The notes under the pieces were generated by a model. It saw only the letters and a program-made list of their open reading frames with translations. It ran no database searches and had not been told where the DNA came from. A stretch of 32,000 bases of DNA. Source: Alkalilimnicola ehrlichii MLHE-1 (lineage in GTDB: Bacteria; Pseudomonadota; Gammaproteobacteria; Nitrococcales; Halorhodospiraceae). The stretch spans positions 2,190,001 to 2,222,000 of the forward strand of contig NC_008340.1 of the NCBI RefSeq assembly GCF_000014785.1, given 5' to 3'. Below, in pieces: positions 29,500 to 32,000 of the stretch (its first letter is position 1; each line of letters opens with the position of its first letter). Position numbers and translations under genes: made by a program.

Positions 29500-29525
29500 A
29501 AAAAAGGGCCGCAAGCGGCCCTTTT
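29500..29525 (-). terminator. Rho-independent terminator immediately downstream of tRNA-fMet
   Basis: The minus strand reads AAAAGGGCCGC-ttgc-GCGGCCC followed by TTTTTT. It starts about 8 nt after the tRNA CCA end. Confidence 0.8.
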
Positions 29526-29533
29526 CAAGAAAC

Positions 29534-29610
29534 TGGTAGCGGGGGCAGGATTTGAACCTGCGACCTTCGGGTTATGAGCCCGACGAGCTGCCAGACTGCT
29601 CCACCCCGCA
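29534..29610 (-). tRNA. metY: Initiator tRNA-fMet (anticodon CAT), CCA encoded
   Basis: The reverse complement is TGCGGGGTGGAGCAGTCTGGCAGCTCGTCGGGCTCATAACCCGAAGGTCGCAGGTTCAAATCCTGCCCCCGCTACCA (77 nt). It is near-identical to E. coli tRNA-fMet as I recall it, including the three G-C pairs closing the anticodon stem. Its position upstream of rimP-nusA-infB is the same as E. coli metY. Confidence 0.93.
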
Positions 29611-29623
29611 ACTGATGCTGCGC

Positions 29624-29652
29624 ATTCTACAGCGCTTGCCGGCTTTACGCAA
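29624..29652 (-). promoter_or_regulatory. Near-consensus sigma-70 promoter of metY
   Basis: On the minus strand: TTGCGT (29652-29647), 17-nt spacer, TAGAAT (29629-24), then a GC-rich discriminator GCGCAGC. The tRNA 5' end lies 13 nt downstream of the -10 element. Confidence 0.6.
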
Positions 29653-29850
29653 GGGCCTTGCCTGCTCTGGCCGGCCGCCCCGGGGGGCGCCCCTCGTTCA
29701 GGGGACGCGGATAATGACACAGCCCCACCGCCGCGTGCAACCCCTCCCCCAAGGCGACAAACCGTGAACGACCGCGCCCCTTCGGCGCCCGACGGCGGAG
29801 TGGGCGCCGCCACCGCCCCCCGCTATCGCGATGGCCGAACACTTTCCCCC

Positions 29851-30330
29851 GTCATCGCGAGGGCCGACGGCCTTCCTCCCCGTCATCGCGAGGGCCGAAG
29901 GCCCGTGGCGATCCAGAGCGGTAGACTGCCACGTCGCTTCGCTCCTCGCAGTGACGGCGGGGGAAGCCCCGTCATCGCGAGGAGCGAAGCGACGCGGCTA
30001 TCCACACCCCGCCATGGACTGCCACGCCCCTGCGGGGCTCCCAGTGACGGTGGGGGAAGCCCCCGTCATCGCGAGGAGCGCAGCGACGCGGCGATCCACA
30101 CCCCGCCTGGACTGCCACGCCCCTGCGGGGCTCCCAGTGACGGTGGGGGAAGCCCCCGTCATCGCGAGGAGCGAAGCGACGCGGCGATCCACACCCCGCC
30201 ATGGACTGCCACGCCCCTGCGGGGCTCCCAGTGACGGCGGGGGAAGCCCCCGTCATCGCGAGGAGCGCAGCGACGCGGCGATCCAGGTGGCGCGTGGACT
30301 GTCAGGTCGCTTGCCGCCTCGCTGTGCCGA
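29851..30330. repeat. Tandem array of ~93-94 bp direct repeats, each an imperfect palindromic unit (REP/BIME-like intergenic repeat)
   Basis: Units begin with GTCATCGCGAGG at 29851 (truncated), 29882, 29971, 30065, 30158 and 30252. The three central units are almost identical: GTCATCGCGAGGAGCG(A/C)AGCGACGCGGCGATCCACACCCCGCC(A)TGGACTGCCACGCCCCTGCGGGGCTCCCAGTGACGG(T/C)GGGGGAAGCCCCC. The outer units are diverged. Confidence 0.9.
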
Positions 30331-30353
30331 CCGGACACCCAATGGCGTTCAGC

Positions 30354-32000
30354 TCACCGATGCCGGAGTTCCCAGCAATAATGCACGTGGGGATTACGGG
30401 CGTAATCTGGGGGGATCGTCTCCCGGGTGATCTCCCGGCAGGCGTAGTCGGACGCCACCGCCTCATCCAGGGAAAACCCCCGCCGGTTACAGGAAAAGAC
30501 CAACAACCCATCCGGGGCCAGCAACTGCATGGCCTGGCGGATCAGCCGGGGGTGATCGCGCTGCACGTCGAAGCTCTCGCACATGCGCTTGGAGTTGGAA
30601 AAGGTCGGCGGGTCCATGAAGATCAGGTCGTAACGCCCGGGCCGGCTTTCCGCCTGCCCGGCCAGCCAGGCCAGGCAGTCCGCCCGCTCCAGCCGATGGC
30701 GCGCTCCCGGCTCGATGCCGTTAAGCAGGAGATTATCCCGCGCCCAACCCAGGTAGGTGGCCGACAGGTCCACGGTGATGGTCTCTCTGGCACCGCCTAA
30801 CGCCGCATGCACCGTCGCCGTTCCGGTATAGGCGAACAGATTGAGGAACCGCCGCCCCCTGGCCTGCTCCCCGAGTCGCAGCCGGGTGATGCGATGATCC
30901 AGGAACAGACCGGTATCGAGATAATCGCTCAGGTTGATGTAGAACCGGGCCGGGCCCTCCTGCACCACCCACCGCTCGCCGGTCTGGTCCACCGGGCGGT
31001 ACTGGTCCGCCCCCTTCTGCCGGCGGCGCACCTTAAGGTGAACCCGCTCCGGCCCCACCTCCAGGTGCGCCGCGATCACCTCCAGCGCCTCACGCAGCCG
31101 CCGCCGGGCGCTGCGTGGGTCGACGCTGCGCGGGGCCTGATACTCCTGGACATGGGCATGGCGCCCCGATTCCGTTTCGTAGACATCCACCGCCAGCGCA
31201 TACTCCGGCAGATCACCGTCGTACAACCGGTAGGCCTTAACGCCCTCGCGTCGCAACCAGCGCCGGAGGTGGCGGTGATTCTTCTGCAGCCGGTTGTCCA
31301 GGGCCGTGGCCCCCTGACTCCGCCGGTCCGCGCCCTGCTCACGCAGGGCGAAGACGGCCAGTTGGGTCTCCAGGGCACCGTTATACAAGGCGTGCCGGCG
31401 GGCGATGGAAAGCCCCAGGTAATCGAGCAGCTCCGGCGCACCGCTAAAGACGGCACCCTGCCAGCCACCGAAGGCCCCTCGCAGGCGGGCCCCCAGGCTG
31501 GCGTAGAGGGTGACCAGTGCCTGGCGCTGGCCCAACCGCTCCCCATATGGAGGATTGACCACCACCAGACCCGGCCGCTCCCCGACCGGTTCCGCCGCCT
31601 CCAGCGACCGGCGCTCGAAGTGGACGCGGTCTCGCAGCCCCGCCCGCTCGCGATTGTCCAACGCCGCGCGGATCGCCTGCGGGTCCTGATCGTAGCCCAC
31701 CAGCGCCAGCCGTCGCCGGCCCCCGGCGGCGGCGCGCTCCTCGGCCTCGTCGCGCAGACGCTTCCAGTAGACCGGGACGTGCCCTGCCCAGCGGCTGAAG
31801 CCCCAGCGCTCGCGCCCCAGCCCCGGAGCACGGTCCAGCGCCATCAGGGCCCCCTCCAGCACCAGCGTCCCGGAGCCACACATGGGGTCGAGCAGACCAC
31901 CGCCGTCCTCGGCAATGCGCGGCCACCCCGCCAGCCAGAGGAGTCCGGCGGCCAGGTTCTCTTTCAGGGGGGCACGGCCCCCGCCCTGGCGGTAACCACG
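30354..32000 (-). CDS. rlmL: 23S rRNA (guanine-N2/N7) methyltransferase RlmL/RlmKL; N-terminus beyond the window edge
   Basis: The frame stays open upstream of the ORF-track Met at 31883 out to position 32000 (...[49 protein letters not shown]). Motifs: [19 protein letters not shown], and a C-terminal second SAM-MTase domain ([30 protein letters not shown]). Confidence 0.9.

Noticed and set aside
29851-30330. A CRISPR array, suggested by regularly spaced GTCATCGCGAGGAGCG...GATCC repeats
   Set aside because: The segments between the repeats are themselves nearly identical from unit to unit, so there are no unique spacers. The period (~94 bp) is really a single long direct repeat. No cas genes or leader are present.
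29764-30430. ORFs 29764-30234(+), 29831-30430(+), 29972-30256(-) and 29998-30192(-), which encode repetitive peptides (SPRHREERSDAAIHTPP..., CHAPAGLPVT...)
   Set aside because: They are open in several frames on both strands only because the GC-rich tandem repeat lacks stop codons. They have no RBS and their composition is Arg/Pro/Gly-rich. They also overlap the downstream end of rlmL.

Overview
High-GC chromosomal window of gammaproteobacterial type. The acidic periplasmic proteins and the gene order suggest a halophilic, Ectothiorhodospiraceae-like organism, but that is an inference only. Nearly all of it is core genome. I found no transposase, integrase, cas gene or recognisable defence gene, and no convincing novel multi-gene system. 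Contents from left to right: (1) a molybdate locus on the minus strand, made of an N-domain-only modE-like regulator, a Mo-box-like palindrome, a stand-alone yqeB-like gene, and modA. modA is missing from the ORF track because it runs off the window edge. (2) A small Lys/Glu-rich orphan, a Dgt-family dGTPase, a GAF-PAS-GGDEF-EAL protein and a divergent uncharacterised protein with DxDxDG motifs. (3) A redox/NO-type cluster: DUF2237, DGC-domain protein, NnrS and GST. (4) A chemoreceptor whose periplasmic sensor domain carries a CxxCH heme-c motif, abutting a DASS/SLC13 anion transporter gene. (5) ffh with divergent ypjD-like gene, then a thioredoxin-fold protein. (6) A TRAP transporter with dctP divergent from dctQM and an unusually long DctQ. 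(7) The classical metY(tRNA-fMet)-rimP-nusA-infB-rbfA-truB-rpsO-pnp block on the minus strand, with a near-consensus metY promoter and two tandem terminators between metY and rimP. (8) An array of about five 93-94 bp direct repeats, each internally palindromic, between the rlmL stop and the metY promoter. (9) rlmL, 5'-truncated by the window edge. The items most worth a second look are the repeat array, the heme-c chemoreceptor/transporter pair, the mod locus architecture, the apparent U1-U72 initiator tRNA and the 6-TM DctQ. The many long ORFs antisense to real genes are high-GC shadow ORFs and were rejected.
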